Notes under the pieces: model-generated
What the model saw: only the letters and a program-made list of their open reading frames with translations
Told to the model about the DNA's origin: nothing
Databases searched by the model: none
Made by a program: the position numbers and the translations under genes
Shown: piece by piece, positions 41,701 to 55,269 of the stretch
Layout: every line of letters starts with the position of its first letter
Numbering within the stretch: position 1 is the stretch's first letter
Source of the DNA: Eledone cirrhosa
Lineage: Eukaryota
Direction: 5' to 3'
Assembly: GCA_964016885.1 (NCBI GenBank)
Contig: OZ024743.1
Coordinates: 114,762,001 to 114,826,000 of the forward strand
Length of the DNA stretch: 64,000 nt

Positions 41701-43601
41701 TTCAGTATGAGGACATGGAGAACGACACTCCTTTTGAATAGTGAAACAAAATCACTGGAAGCTGGAGAAGTTAACATTAATTGTGGAATTTTTCAGGGTG
41801 ACTCTTTATCACCGCTTTTATTCTGCATCGCACTTATACCATTAAGTAAAATGCTCAATGAAACAAAACATGGATATAGAGTCTATGACAAAACCATTAA
41901 TCACCTGTTCTACATGGATGACCTGAAACTATTTGCAAAAAATGATGAACAATTGCAAGGGCTATTATCCACTGTGAAGCAGTTCAGTGATGACATTAAA
42001 ATGGAGTTTGGACTGGATAAATGCGCCAAAGCAACGTTCACCAGAGGAAAGCTGCTGAAGAGTTCAGACATTAATCTTGATCGGGGGAACGTGATAAGAG
42101 AGCTTGATCAAGAACAAACTTACAAATATCTAGGTGTTTGTGAAGGAGACGGAATCAAGCACTCGACAATGAGGGAAAGGATAAGGAAGGAATGTTACCG
42201 CAGAGTCAGAGCAATCTTAAGAACGGAATTGAATGCAAGGAATAGGATCGATGCCATGAACACGCTTGCCATACCAGTAGTAACCTACAGTTACAATGTC
42301 ATCAACTGGTCAAGCACAGAGATCCGTAGGCTCGATACAAAAATCCGAAAATTCTTAACCATGCACAGAATGCATCACCCTAAGGCAGACATAGATAGAA
42401 TATATCTCCCTAGGAAAGAAGGAGGACGTGGGTTAATCCAGTTAGACATTGCGTTGAAAACTGCAACAATTGGATTATCCACATATCTAAGGGAATCACA
42501 TGATTGGATGATCAAACTCGTTTTGAAACACGAAAGCACCAAAAGATCATATTCCATTACAAAAGATGCACAAAGATACAGTAATGGACTACAAATTTCA
42601 GAAGTCCCATTTACTGCTGAAATGGAAAACACAGAAAAAGCAAAGCAGGTAAAAGTAACTGCAAAGAAAGAACTGCTACAGAAACTGGCTAAGAAATGGC
42701 AAGAAAAGCCTCTGTATGGAAAATACCCAGAGCGAGCTAACAATCCTGATGTTGACAAAACTTTAACCCATCAGTGGTTGGCATCCTCTGGACTGAAATC
42801 GGAGACTGAAGGACTGATTATATCCGCACAAGATCAGTGTCTGCCAACAAAAAATTACCAAGCCAACATAATAAAAAATGGGTGCAGCCCACTATGCCGT
42901 GTATGCAAAAAACAACCAGAGACCATTGACCATATAATTTCAATGTGCAGTCCTATAGCTCCAACCGAATACCTAAACAGGCATGACAGAGCTGCACAAT
43001 ACATACATTGGATAATGTGTAAGCATTTTGACCTGCCCCATCAAAAGAATTGGTGGGAGCATCAACCACCTCCCATACTTGAAAAAGATCACATCTCAAT
43101 CTTGTGGAACTTTAGCATCCAAACAGACCGAAAAATAGATGCAAATAGACCTGATATAATATTGAAGGACTTTCAAAGGAGGGTATGCCTGCTAATTGAT
43201 ATGTCTGTTCCAATAGACAAGAATGTATCTATAAAAACATTTGAAAAATTGAGCAAGTATAAGGACCTGGAGATAGAAATTGGAAAAATGTGGAAATTGA
43301 GAACTAAAACAATACCAGTGGTTGTAGGCGCTCTGGGAATGATACCTAAGGGTTCTAACGACTACTTATCGCAAATCCCAGGAAACCCGCGTATAGGAGA
43401 AATACAAAAGATAGTACTAATGGGAACTGCCCATATACTAAGGAAGATCCTGTCAATATAAGTACATCACAAGTCTAAACACTAAGGATGCATGTGTGAA
43501 TATGTGTGTTCTTTCTTGAACATGGCGGACCTTGTTGTCTCTTGAGGTCACTGGTTGTGACTTGGTGATAACTCGTATAAACATAAAGCAAGATAAATGC
43601 A
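38713..43601 (+). mobile_element. R4/Dong-type non-LTR retrotransposon, copy 1
   Basis: Preceded by (AAT)n at 38667-38712 and followed by (AAT)n. Single RT plus restriction-like endonuclease ORF. The 5' boundary is uncertain. Confidence 0.85.
39812..43461 (+). CDS. RT plus CCHC zinc knuckle plus PD-(D/E)xK endonuclease, split by a 1-nt deletion in an A-run at ~40828-40835
   Basis: Motifs KSPGKD, NYRPITCL, WIDYKKAFDS, GIFQGDSLSPLLF, HLFYMDDLK, YKYLG, CRVCx8HIISMC, RHD, RPDII, LIDMSVP and KLSKY. Copy 2 reads through the junction in frame. Confidence 0.9.
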
Positions 43602-43616
43602 AATAATAATAATAAT

Positions 43617-46600
43617 AACATATTTAAATCATTTGTGAAATAACAACTCTTAGTACAAATGCTACGTAAAGCATCCGGCTTGAGCCACCCAAAAAATTCG
43701 GACCCAAAATATATTGTTATAAGGCTCAAATATTCAAATATTCAACTTTGTATTGTACATTGTATATTCAAAAAAGAAAATGGCTATAAATGGAAGAAGA
43801 ACCCCCCCTCCTCTGTCTACGCTATATAGAACAGCCAAACAACACCAGAAACTAGATACAACACCTAACCCATCACCTCTCTGTGTACACTAAACACAAC
43901 AGCCAGATAACGGCAATTTCACCACCACCACTCACTACTGCCATCATTACCGCCACTATCCCATCACCGCCGCCACCACTCATTGCTGCCACCGCTACAA
44001 CACCATCGCTACAGTAATACGATCACATCACCGCCACCACTGCCTCGGTATCGACATCACCACCACCACTGTCTCAGTATCGATACCGTCGCTACTGTCT
44101 CCCACATCTCCCCGCCGCCACCACTCCTTCAATGCCACCACCACTATTCCCCTGTTAACTTGAGAGAGAAAGGGGAAGGTGGTGGTAACACTAGACAAGG
44201 GAGAGGCTAGCAAAAGATATAAATAGATTGACTTAGTGACCTGGCCACATCAACAATTATGGGACTGCTGGCTCACCCCTTCCTCACCAACAATATAAAA
44301 AGCCCCGGCACCATCACCGACATAGCCAACAACAATAACAGCCAACCACAACAAAAAGTATATTATATTATTGTAATGCACTGGGTGATTGCTGGCCTTG
44401 TGCCTGGAGTGGAGACAATTATTAATAATTTCATTCTTAAGCCACGCAATGCTCACATTAAGGAACCACTCATGATAATAACAATTTAAAAAAACAACAA
44501 AAAGAAAACCCTGCGACCAAGAAATACCGGGATGGCGGCCGGCGGGGAATAGCCGTGTCTCTAGGGGAGAACGACCCCTCTAGTCTTGGTTGACACTCGT
44601 TCTAGAAGTGGTAACACGAAATGATTACCCCTTGGCGGATAAGGATAAAACGCGACAAAATAAAGTAAATGTCTAATGATAAAATCTCATACCGGATCGG
44701 CCGTCACCCGGGTAAAAAAGGGCCGCGTCCCTCAGAGAGGAACCAGACTGGGGTTGAAAAATCAGCTAATGGTTCAAACCTTCCCATCACTTCGGAGCTG
44801 GAGACCTCCCATAACCGGAATACTCCTACTGTTGGCCCTCCATGCTCACCACCAAGAAATCCAAAGAAAAAGAGAGAAAAATGGTCAAGGGAAGATAATA
44901 AAGAAGTCCTTGAGGCTTTCTACACTGCCATGTACTACCCATCAAATACATCGAATACAGAACAGACATATATCAACTGGAAAAAGAAACATCCCGAAAA
45001 CAGAGGCTATATTGACAGCAACAAACTAGCCAATATACGAAGAAATATTGTAAGAAAAAAGTTACTAACTGATATAGAAATTGATCAGATCAAGCTATTA
45101 GCACAAAGTCAGCGAAGGGAAAATGAAACATGTGTCAGTGAAAACGAGGTAAACTGTAACACTTCGAATCCCAGGGTTGGGGCGGAATCACTGGCAACAG
45201 AAAAAATTAAAGAAAGGATCGAAAAAGTGGAGGGAGTGCATGCTCAGGATGAAACTCCAAATGAAAATAATGAGATCGTAAATGATAAAGAAATGAATGA
45301 GAATGAACTTGCCAACTTGAAGGATGAAATTATGATCGAATGGATGAAAATGAAAGAATCTGACATGGGGCAACGAGACACCCTCCCTAAGATCCAGAAC
45401 TCCAAACAGAACCAAAAGATAATACACAAGACTAACATAATTCTCAAAAACATTATCATCACAAACAAACTAAACATTACTGATTTAAATCATCTCTATT
45501 ATGCATCGGCTAAAGTCACCACTCACTTATGTGGAGTGAAGATGAAAAAACAAAGGAATTCCCACAAGAAATCTACTTGGCAAGAGAACATCAATCGCCA
45601 AATAAACCTTCTCCGATCTGACATAGAAATTTTAACAAACTATAAAGTAGGTGAACATGTTAAACAAACTAAACTTAGAAAATTGAAAAAAAAATACAGT
45701 ATAAAATCAACATGTGACATAGACATGCTGATAGAAATAATCAAGCAAAAAATGTCGGCCAAATCTGCTCGTATAAGGCGCTTTGAAAAACGATCTAGAT
45801 TCTATAAGGACAATAATATGTTCAAAAACAACCAAAGAAACTTCTACAGAAAAATTGGTAAGTCAACAATAACTGCTAAATCAATACCACCCAAGGAGGA
45901 AGTGCAAGAATTCTGGGAAAAGATCTGGGCCGAAGAAAATGTTCATAACATGCATGCCCCATGGATAGACAGACAAATGAAAGATACAGCTCACCTTGAG
46001 GAACAAACATGGGAACATATAACAGTTGAACAGTTGCGCTTGGCTCTAAGAAAAACCAGCAAATGGAAATCCCCAGGAAAAGACAAAATACAAAACTTTT
46101 GGATAAATGCCTTCACAGAGTCTCATGAGCTGTTAGCCCAACTTTACAATGAAATAGTTAAGGAGCCAGAAAAGATACCTTCATGGCTAGTTAACGGCAT
46201 TACATTCCTGCTTCCGAAGAATGATGAGACAAACAATCCCCAAAATTACAGACTGATAACTTGCTTGACCACAATGTATGAAATTTTAACATCAGTCCTA
46301 ACTGAATACACATATGACCACCTGATAACAAATGACCTATTTCCCATTGAGCAGAAAGGGTGTAAACGAGGCTCATATGGCTGTAAGGATCAGCTTCTGG
46401 TTAACAAAACGATACTGGAAGATTGTCATAATAGACACAAAAATCTATCGATTGCTTGGATAGATTATAAAAAAGCATTTGATAGTTTGCCACACAGTTG
46501 GATTGAAAAATGTTTAGAGATTTTCAAAGTATCCCCCGTTGTCAGGAGGTTTTTGTCATTCAGTATGAAGACATGGAAAACGACACTCCTTTTGAATAGT

Positions 46601-48462
46601 GAAACAAAATCACTGGAAGCTGGAGAAGTTAATATTAAGTGTGGAATTTTTCAGGGTGACTCTTTATCACCGCTTTTATTCTGCATCGCACTTATACCAT
46701 TAAGTAAAATGCTCAATGAAACAAAACATGGATATAAAGTCTATGACAAAACCATTAATCACCTGTTCTACATGGATGACCTGAAACTATTTGCAAAAAA
46801 TGATGAACAATTGCAAGGGCTATTATCCACTGTGAAGCAGTTCAGTGATGACATTAAAATGGAGTTTGGACCAGATAAATGCGCCAAAGCAACGTTCACC
46901 AGAGGAAAGCTGCTGAAGAGTTCAGACATTAATCTTGATCGGGGGAACGTGATAAGAGAACTTGATCAAGAAAAAACTTACAAATATCTAGGTGTTTGTG
47001 AAGGAGACGGAATCAAGCACTCGACAATGAGGGAAAGGATAAGGAAGGAATGTTACCGCAGAGTGAGAGCAATCTTAAAAACGGAATTGAATGCAAGGAA
47101 TAGGATCGATGCCAGAAATACGCTTGCCATACCAGTAGTAACCTACAGTTACAATGTCATCAACTGGTCAAGCACAGAGATCCGTAGGCTCGATACAAAA
47201 ATTCGAAAATTCTTAACCATGCACAGAATGCATCACCCTAAAGCAGATATAGATAGAATATATCTCCCTAGGAAAGAAGGAGGACGTGGGTTAATCCAGC
47301 TAGACATTGCGTTGAAAACTGCAACAATTGGATTATCTACATATCTAAGGGGATCACATGATTGGATGATCAAACTCGTTTTGAAACACGAAAGCATCAA
47401 AAGATCATATTCCATTACAAAAGATGCACAAAGATACAGTAATGGACTACACATTTCAGAAGTCCCATTTACTGCTGAAATGGAAAACACATAAAAAGCA
47501 AAGCAGGTAAAAGTAACTGCAAAGAAAGAACTGCTACAGAAACTGGCTTTGAAATGGCAAGAAAAGCCTCTGTATAGAAAATACCCAGAGCGAGCTAACA
47601 ATCCTGATGTTGACAAAACTTTAACCCATCAGTGGTTGGCATCCTCTGGACTGAAATCGGAGACTGAAGGACTGATTATATCGGCACAAGATCAGTGTCT
47701 GCCAACAAAAAATTACCAAGCCAACATAATAAAAAATGGGTGCAGCCCATTATGCCGTGTAAGCAAAAAACAACCAGAGACCATTGACCATATAATTTCA
47801 ATGTGCAGTCTTATAGCTCCAACCGAATACCTAAACAGGCATGACAGAGCTGCACAATACATACATTGGATAATGTGTAAGCATTTTGACCTGCCCCATC
47901 AAAAGAATTGGTGGGAGCATCAACCACCTCCCATACTTGAAAAAGATCACATCTCAATCTTGTGGAACTTTAGCATCCAAACAGACCGAAAAATAGATGC
48001 AAACAGACCTGATATAATATTGAAAGACTTTCAAAAGAGGGTATGCCTGCTAATTGATATGTCTGTTCCAATAGACAAGAATGTATCTATAAAAACATTT
48101 GAAAAATTGAGCAAGTATAAGGACCTGGAGATAGAAATTGGAAAAATGTGGAAATTGAGAACTAAAACAATACCAGTGGTTGTAGGCGCTCTGGGAATGA
48201 TACCTAAGGGGTCTAATGATTACATATCGCAAATCCCAGGAAACCCGCGTATAGGAGAAATACAAAAGATAGTACTAATGGGAACTGCCCATATACTAAG
48301 GAAGATTCTGTCAATATAAGTACATCACAAGTCTAAACACTAAAGATGCATGTGTGAATATGTATGTTCTTTCTTGAACATGGCGGACCTTGTTGTCTCT
48401 TGAGGTCACTGGTTGTGACTTGGTGATAACTCGTATGAACATAAAGCAAGATAAATGCAACT

Positions 48463-48464
<2 letters not shown>
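43617..48464 (+). mobile_element. R4/Dong-type retrotransposon, copy 2 (tandem)
   Basis: Near-identical to copy 1 from ~44145 onward. Followed by (TAA)n at 48464-48500. Confidence 0.85.
44669..48319 (+). pseudogene. RT-REL ORF (1216 codons) with premature stop at 47492-47494
   Basis: GAA to TAA relative to copy 1. Also NYRP to NYRL, and CRVC to CRVS in the zinc knuckle. Confidence 0.9.
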
Positions 48465-48501
<37 letters not shown>

Positions 48502-48507
48502 GAATAA

Positions 48508-49046
48508 TAGAATTCCCACTAAAAGAGGAAAACATCAAAATATATAAATAGACTGAATTGATGACCCGGTCAAAATTAAAAAAAAAATAAAAATAAAAAT
48601 CAAGTTTTAGTTTTAACAAAATGTTTAATTCCAATATTAAGAAAATATGTCAACACATATACGCGACTAATGATAATTTCACTAAAGATAATTTCACCAC
48701 CAGTGCCACCACCACTGCCACGATGAAAACTCTGGTCAAGTCAACTCACATTTCTACTCCATCTTCAACACCATCGTTACAGTAATGCGACCACATCGCC
48801 ACCGCCACTGCCTCATTATCGCTACCGCCGCTATTCTCTCCCACTACCTCCTGCTAGTTGCTGTTGGCACAGCACCACCATCGCCGCCGCCGCCGCTGCC
48901 TCCTTGTCACTACCGCCGCTATTCTCTCCCGCTAGCCCCTGCTACATTGTAGAATTCTCACTAAAAGAGGAAGGCGTCAAAATATATAAATAGACTGAAT
49001 TGATGACCCGGTCAAAATAAAAAATAAAAAAAAAATAAAAATAAAA
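48508..49046 (+). repeat. Spacer with ~95 bp direct repeats around a (CCG/CCA)-rich core
   Basis: tagaattc(c/t)cactaaaagagg...tataaatagactgaattgatgacccggtcaaaa at 48508-48600 and 48950-49046. Confidence 0.8.
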
Positions 49047-49337
49047 GCAGCACAGCAACAACGAAAAACGTAAAGGAAATAAAAATGAAGAGGAAAAACA
49101 AAGGGATGGACAGAGAAGGGAAGGGAAAAACTAAGTCAGACATTCAAACACTACATTACAACCTTATGCTTATTCATTTTTGGGTTTTTTTCTGCCTGTT
49201 TGTTTGTTTATTTGGGTTCGTCTACAGCGTGATAATGCCACACAAAAGTCACGTGGAGTGACGAAACCACCGGAGACAAGTAATTCACCGGTGGTTATGT
49301 AACCATACATTCGCCAATCCTCGATAAGAGTGTTTAA

Positions 49338-52300
49338 ATGTCGAACCTAAACAGTTCGAATAACGGTGAAATGGAGACTAGAATGTCATGTGACAGACTC
49401 TCACCCAACAGGTGCTCCCTGGCTCAGCAGCAGGGACCTGGCTGTCAACCAAATACTGCTGGTGTCAGAGGAAGAAGAAGAAGGAAAGGGACCAGAACCA
49501 ACTGGACGAAAGAATTGAATAGAACTGTTATGCAATGTTACCTGAAGAGTAACCCCAAGGAGAAAGGCTATAGGAAAAGGATGCATAACATCTGGAACGA
49601 GATTGGTCCATTTAAATTAGATGAACAAAAACTGGCCGGGCAGGCTCGGGTAATAAGAACTAATAGGTGGATAAGCGAGCTGGAACTGGAGGAACTGAGC
49701 AGAGAGATTAGCTTGGAGATGGAGGGTGGAGTATGCCAGGCAAACGAGCCAGTGGGAAATGAAGGTGAAGAGGTCGAGAGAACGGAGGAACAACCCGAAA
49801 CAGACAATGATCTGAATGCTGAGATAAATAATACCTGGAACAGAGATACGGCCACTGAGGAGATGAATGCTGACGGGCTAGGATAAGATTTGGTAGATAT
49901 CCTAAACTTAGTGGTAGATGAATTGAACAATGATAGTGGGAGACCTATGAACCTAAGATTTGTAGACAGGAAAAAGTTAAAAGAAACAACAGCTAAGGTA
50001 AACAAAGTCATCCCATACCTTGAGGCGAAGAGCCTTCACCAGTGCAACAATATCCTCAAAGCAACAGCAAATACGGTGAGGAAACTACTTGGGATAAAAG
50101 CGAGAGGAAACAACAGACAAGAGAGAGCAGAGCCTTGGTGGAAGAAACGACTGAGTGTTCAAATCAGGGAAATGAGAAATGACATTGGAAAGCTTGAGTC
50201 CCTACTGAATGGGACACTAAAAAAATAGACACTAAAAATAGACTGGAAATAAAGTACAAAACTAGGCGGAAAAAGCTAAATATTATCATAGAGGAACTGA
50301 AGCAACGCATTGTAGCAAAGAGTGCAAAAGTCAGGCGATACAAGAACAGAGTCAGCCAGTATAGACAGAACCGCATGTTCGACAACAACCAGAAGATGCT
50401 GTTTGGACAGCTTGAAGGGAAAGAAAGAGGCAACGACTTGATCCCTGAGGCGGAACAAACTAAAGCATTCTGGAGAGGAATATGGGAGCAGGATGTCAAA
50501 CATAATGACCAGGAAGTGTGGTGGATTGAGACAGTACAGAAGGAGATCAGTGAACAGGCACACCAACAAACTGATTTGAGTATCACAGTTGAAACTCTTA
50601 AGGGGCAGGCCAAAAAACTAACCAACTGGAAATCACCTGGCCCAGATGGTGTGCAGGGGTATTGGATTAAAAACATAACATCCCTCCACCCGAAACTGAC
50701 AACCATGTTCAATGACTGCTTGATGTCAGGTGAGGTACCAGAGTGGTTGACAAAAGGTACCACAGTTCTGATAATGAAAGACCGAATCAAGGGTAATGAT
50801 GTTACCAACTATAGACCTATCACATGTCTGTCCGTAATGTGGAAACTGTTGACAAGCATTATGTCTGAGGAAATCTACCACCACCTCCACACAAACAACT
50901 TGTTACCGGACGAACAGAAAGGATGCCGAAAGAAGTCACGTGGTACAAAGGACCAGTTACTTATTGATAAGATGGTAATGAGGAATTGCAAGAGGAGACA
51001 CACTGGTCTTGCCATGGGATGGATAGACTATAAAAAGGCATTTGATATGGTGCCTCATTCTTGGATCACCAAAAGCCTGGAGAACTTCAAGGTGGCAGAT
51101 AACATCAGACAGTTGTTGGGCAAAAGTATGAAGTCCTGGGAAACAGAGTTAACATCAACTGGAGAATCCTTGGGAAGCGTGAAGATCAAGAGAGGTATCT
51201 TCCAGGGAGATAGTCTGTCCCCTCTGTTGTTTGTCCTTGCCCTGATGCCCCTGACTAGTGTACTGCGAAAAGTGAGAGCAGGATACAGGTTGGGAAAGGG
51301 AGGGCTTACCATCAATCACCTACTCTTCATGGACGATCTTAAGCTCTTCGGGAAAAGTGAGAAGGAGTTGGATGTGCTTGTTGACACTGTCCGTATTTTC
51401 AGCAATGATATATGTATGCAATTTGGTATTAGTAAGTGTGGAGTCATTGTGATGAGGAGGGGTAAGTTGAGCAGAAGTAACGGCATCCAGATCCCAACAG
51501 GTGAGATGATAAAGGAAATTGACTCTGAGGAAGGATACAAGTATTTGGGCGTTCTGGAGGCTGATGACATCAAGAACAAAAAAATGAAGGAATTGATAAG
51601 AACTGAATACCTTCGGAGAGTAAGGAGCGTATTAAAGTCACACCTGAACAGTAGGAATGCCATAAGTGCAGTAAATTCCCGAGCTGTGTCTATTATTAGG
51701 TACAGTACGGGAATTCTGAGATGGAATTTTGCTGAACAAAAAGAAATGGATACGAAGACTAGGAAGCTATTGACTATCTACAATATGTTCCACAAGAGGA
51801 GTGATGTCGATAGACTCTACTTAAGGAGATCTGAAGGTGGAAGAGGTCTTATCAGCATAGAGGACTGTGTTCAGATGGAGAAAAACAACCTACACAAATA
51901 CGTGACTGATAGTAAGGAGCCAATGCTCAGAACTGTACTGAAGGAGGGGACAATAGGCCAGGGGATGTCCAAGGAGGAAATAACATCAAGGAGAAAGAGC
52001 AGCCTTCAGGAAAAATCCCTTCATAGTACCTTCTTTGAGAAAACTGAATTTAGAGATCCACAGACATGGAACTGGTTGAAAAGAGGAGACCTTAAAAAGG
52101 CTACAGAAGGAATGATAATGGCTGCGCAGGAGCAGGCCCTCAAAACGAAGTGGTTGAAACACCACATTTACAAGGAGGAGGCTAGCCCACTGTGCAGGAT
52201 CTGTGGAGAGAGAGAGGAGACTGTGGCTCACATTGTATCCAAGTGTAAACACCTAGCCCAGACTCACCCTAAGGGCTGGAGACATGGTGTAATGGGCAGG

Positions 52301-52840
52301 GTGATCCACTGGCACCTATGCAAAGTAAACAATTTACCACATTCTGAGAAGTGGTATGAGCATAAGCCAGAGGCGGTACTAGAAAACGATCAGGTGAAGG
52401 TGCTGTGGGATTTTTAGGATAAAGACGGACAAGAAACTGGAACACAATAGACCTGACCTGGTGGTTTTGGACAAAGAAAAAAATCGTGCCTGATTGTGGA
52501 TGTGGCCTGCCCATTTGACACGAGAGTGCAAGAGAAGGAGAGGGAGAAAATTAACCGATACCAGGACTTAAAGTGGGAGGTAAAAAGGATTTGGAACTGC
52601 CATGAAGTCAAAGTAATCCCGATCATCATAGGCACACTAGGGACTATGTCAAAAAGTTTCCAGGGATGGTTAAAGAAAATTGGCCCCTTCACGCTTTTTG
52701 GAACGCTCCAAAAGGCATGCTTGCTGGGAACAGCAAGAACCCTCCGATACGTCCTGAATATCTGAGGCTGCAGGTAGTGGCTTGATATTCATTTCAACAA
52801 ACTTTCCAGTTAACTAACATCAATGACTGAGACTCAAAAA
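49338..52840 (+). mobile_element. R4/Dong-type retrotransposon, divergent family (copy 3), with stop and frameshifts
   Basis: ORF pieces 49338-49886, 49890-50228, 50375-52417 and 52496-52765 carry the same RT, CCHC and REL motifs (FMDDLK, CRICx8HIVSKC, DVACP). Ends in (AAT)n. Confidence 0.9.
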
Positions 52841-52857
52841 ATAACAATAATAATAAT

Positions 52858-53042
52858 AATAATAATAATTGTTTCTACTTTTGGCACAAGGTCAGCAATT
52901 ACCCCGGTGTTTTACTGGTCTTTTATTTTATCGACCCCGTAAGGATGAAAGGCAAAGTTAACGTCGGCGGGATGTGAACTCAGAATGGCAAGGGCCGTAA
53001 CTCTATGCATGGCGTCCGACCCTCTACCGATACTGCCAATCC
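52858..53042 (-). mobile_element. SINE copy
   Basis: tttttatcgaccccgtaaggatgaaaggcaaagttaacgtcggcgggatgtgaactcag. Confidence 0.75.
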
Positions 53043-53199
53043 ATAATAATAATAAAAACGTTCCTGATGAGTGAAAATCGAACCACTGCTGCGGACAGTA
53101 CATGGCTGATTTACAAAAGAAATATACGTGAAATTTGGACTATTAAAATGTGCAAACGTAACACTGAATAGAAGGAATCCAGTGAAGAATCTAAAATCA

Positions 53200-54460
53200 T
53201 GCTAGATAAAGTAACGTAGATTAGAGAATTAGATTACATATTTACATATAATTACTTACAAATCAATGAACTAGACGGGTTTTAACACAGAAAAGAATGG
53301 CAAGATTAGAAAAAAATACTATAGATTGATTAGATTATTACTTACGACAGAACATAATGTAAAAAATAAGAACTAGATAGTAAAATACAAAAATAATATC
53401 TATATTTAATATACACCACCAAACATTACGTGTAGACAAAGTATACCTACCATGAGGTAGAGGCATTATGTAACTTGAAAACTATTAGAAAATAACCAAT
53501 GTAACACTACAAAATATGTAATGAATATAATGGAAAATTAATTATAAAATAGCCATGAGCCATGAACAAAACAAGAACTTATTTCCTCTCTGCAAAAGAA
53601 ACCAACACATTTAAAACAGGAGCTAATTGACAGATAACTGAAACATAGATAAATCCAAACTGAAAACAAGATCTCCATTATACTATGCTACAATGATGGG
53701 AAGAAAAACCTCTAAATGTCCTAATATCTGAAACAAACTGCATAGGGAATAAATGGACAACAACAAAAATACAAAACTGGTTAAGAAGCATTGCATAAAA
53801 CCTGAAACTGTAGGATTTCTAATTACAACTCAAGATCAAAGCCTCCCACAGGAACAACCAAAAATTACACAATGAAGCAGAACACTACATGTAACTACAG
53901 AATATATGGTGATACGAAAGAAGCAGTTGACCATATTATTTCTAGCTGTCCTGACTTAGCCAAAAAAGAATATATCCAAAGAAATGCTAGAGATTGGATT
54001 TATATACACTGGAGGTTATGCCAACACGATGTAATTCAAATCGAAAAAAGCGGTACAGACATACACCAGAAAAGGTGTTAGGGAATTACAAAGTAACCAT
54101 ACTATAGGATATGCCAATACATACAGACAAGGAGATCCAAGCCAACCGATCGGATATTATAGTCAGGGACCATAAAGAAAAAATGTCATCTAGCTGATGT
54201 ATCCATCACCATACACGAAATTGCATCAAAGCAGGAAATGGAGAAATTATCAAAATTTTAGATATTTGGAGATAGAAATAACTCGAACGTAGATGATGAA
54301 AACAGATACAACCCCTATAATGATGGGTTTTCAGGGAATGATAAAAATACAGACAATAACCCAGGACATCTAAATATATTCAGAATACAGAAAATAGAAA
54401 TATAAACATATTATAAAGAGCACTATTAAAACAACAATGCATATACCCAAGACACTGTTG
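53200..54460 (+). pseudogene. Highly degraded R4/Dong-type 3' relic (copy 4)
   Basis: Fragments KPETVGFLITTQDQSLP, CNYRIYGDTKEAVDHIISSCPDLAKKEYIQRN and MPIHTDKEIQANRSDIIV correspond to the REL region of copies 1-3. Confidence 0.75.
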
Positions 54461-54785
54461 AAAATGCAGTAATAACATGTTATAGAATTAAGACTACTAC
54501 AAATAATAACCATAATATTTATAAGTTGTTGCATCACAGTAATATAAAATTGTAGTTTTAATTTTGGCAAATAGTTATGTTTAAAAGAAAAGAAAACAAA
54601 CAAATAAATAGTGATGTGACTATCTGTAAAAGTTAGAATTTCTAAGTAGCGGTATTTTAATATGAATTAAATTATTGAAATGTTATACTGCCATAAACAT
54701 TTACAGGCAACAGCCAACTTCGAAATATTAAATTAAAAGAAAAAGATAAGAAAAAATGACCAATATGTTTTCAAATTATATTATA

Positions 54786-54992
54786 ATGGTTTCTGATTTA
54801 GGCACAAGGCCAGCAATTTTAGAGGAGGGGAAAGTCGATTAAATCGAAAACCAAGGGTGTTACTGGTACTTTATTTTAACGACACGTAAGAAGAAAAGGC
54901 AAACCTAACCTTGGCTGTATTGGAACTCAGAACATAAAGGGCCGTAACTTTATGCCATAAATCATGTTTCCCGAACTTTATTGATACTGTCA
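54786..54992 (-). mobile_element. SINE copy
   Basis: ggcacaaggccagcaatttt...actggtactttattttaacgac...ggaactcagaac. Confidence 0.7.
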
Positions 54993-55269
54993 ATAAAAAA
55001 AAAAGTAAAAGGAAAAGGGTCCCCTGTGGTCGTAACTGGCTATGGGTTATATATCCGTGGCTGATATGTAGCTTGTGTATCAGTTATGTACCTGCTAATG
55101 ACTGATATATATATATATAGTTTATGTACCCGTGACTCACTGACATTTGGGCCTGTTTTCCGAGGAGCATGCTCTCCGAAGAACAAGGTTGTATTCTGGA
55201 AGACCAACACACGCGCATTTACGGTAATATATGTTTGTATGTATCTATGGATGTATGGATGAATTGATC

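Noticed and set aside
40238-52692. Minus-strand and alternate-frame ORFs inside the R4/Dong elements
   Set aside because: Shadow ORFs of the LINE coding strand with no recognisable motifs.
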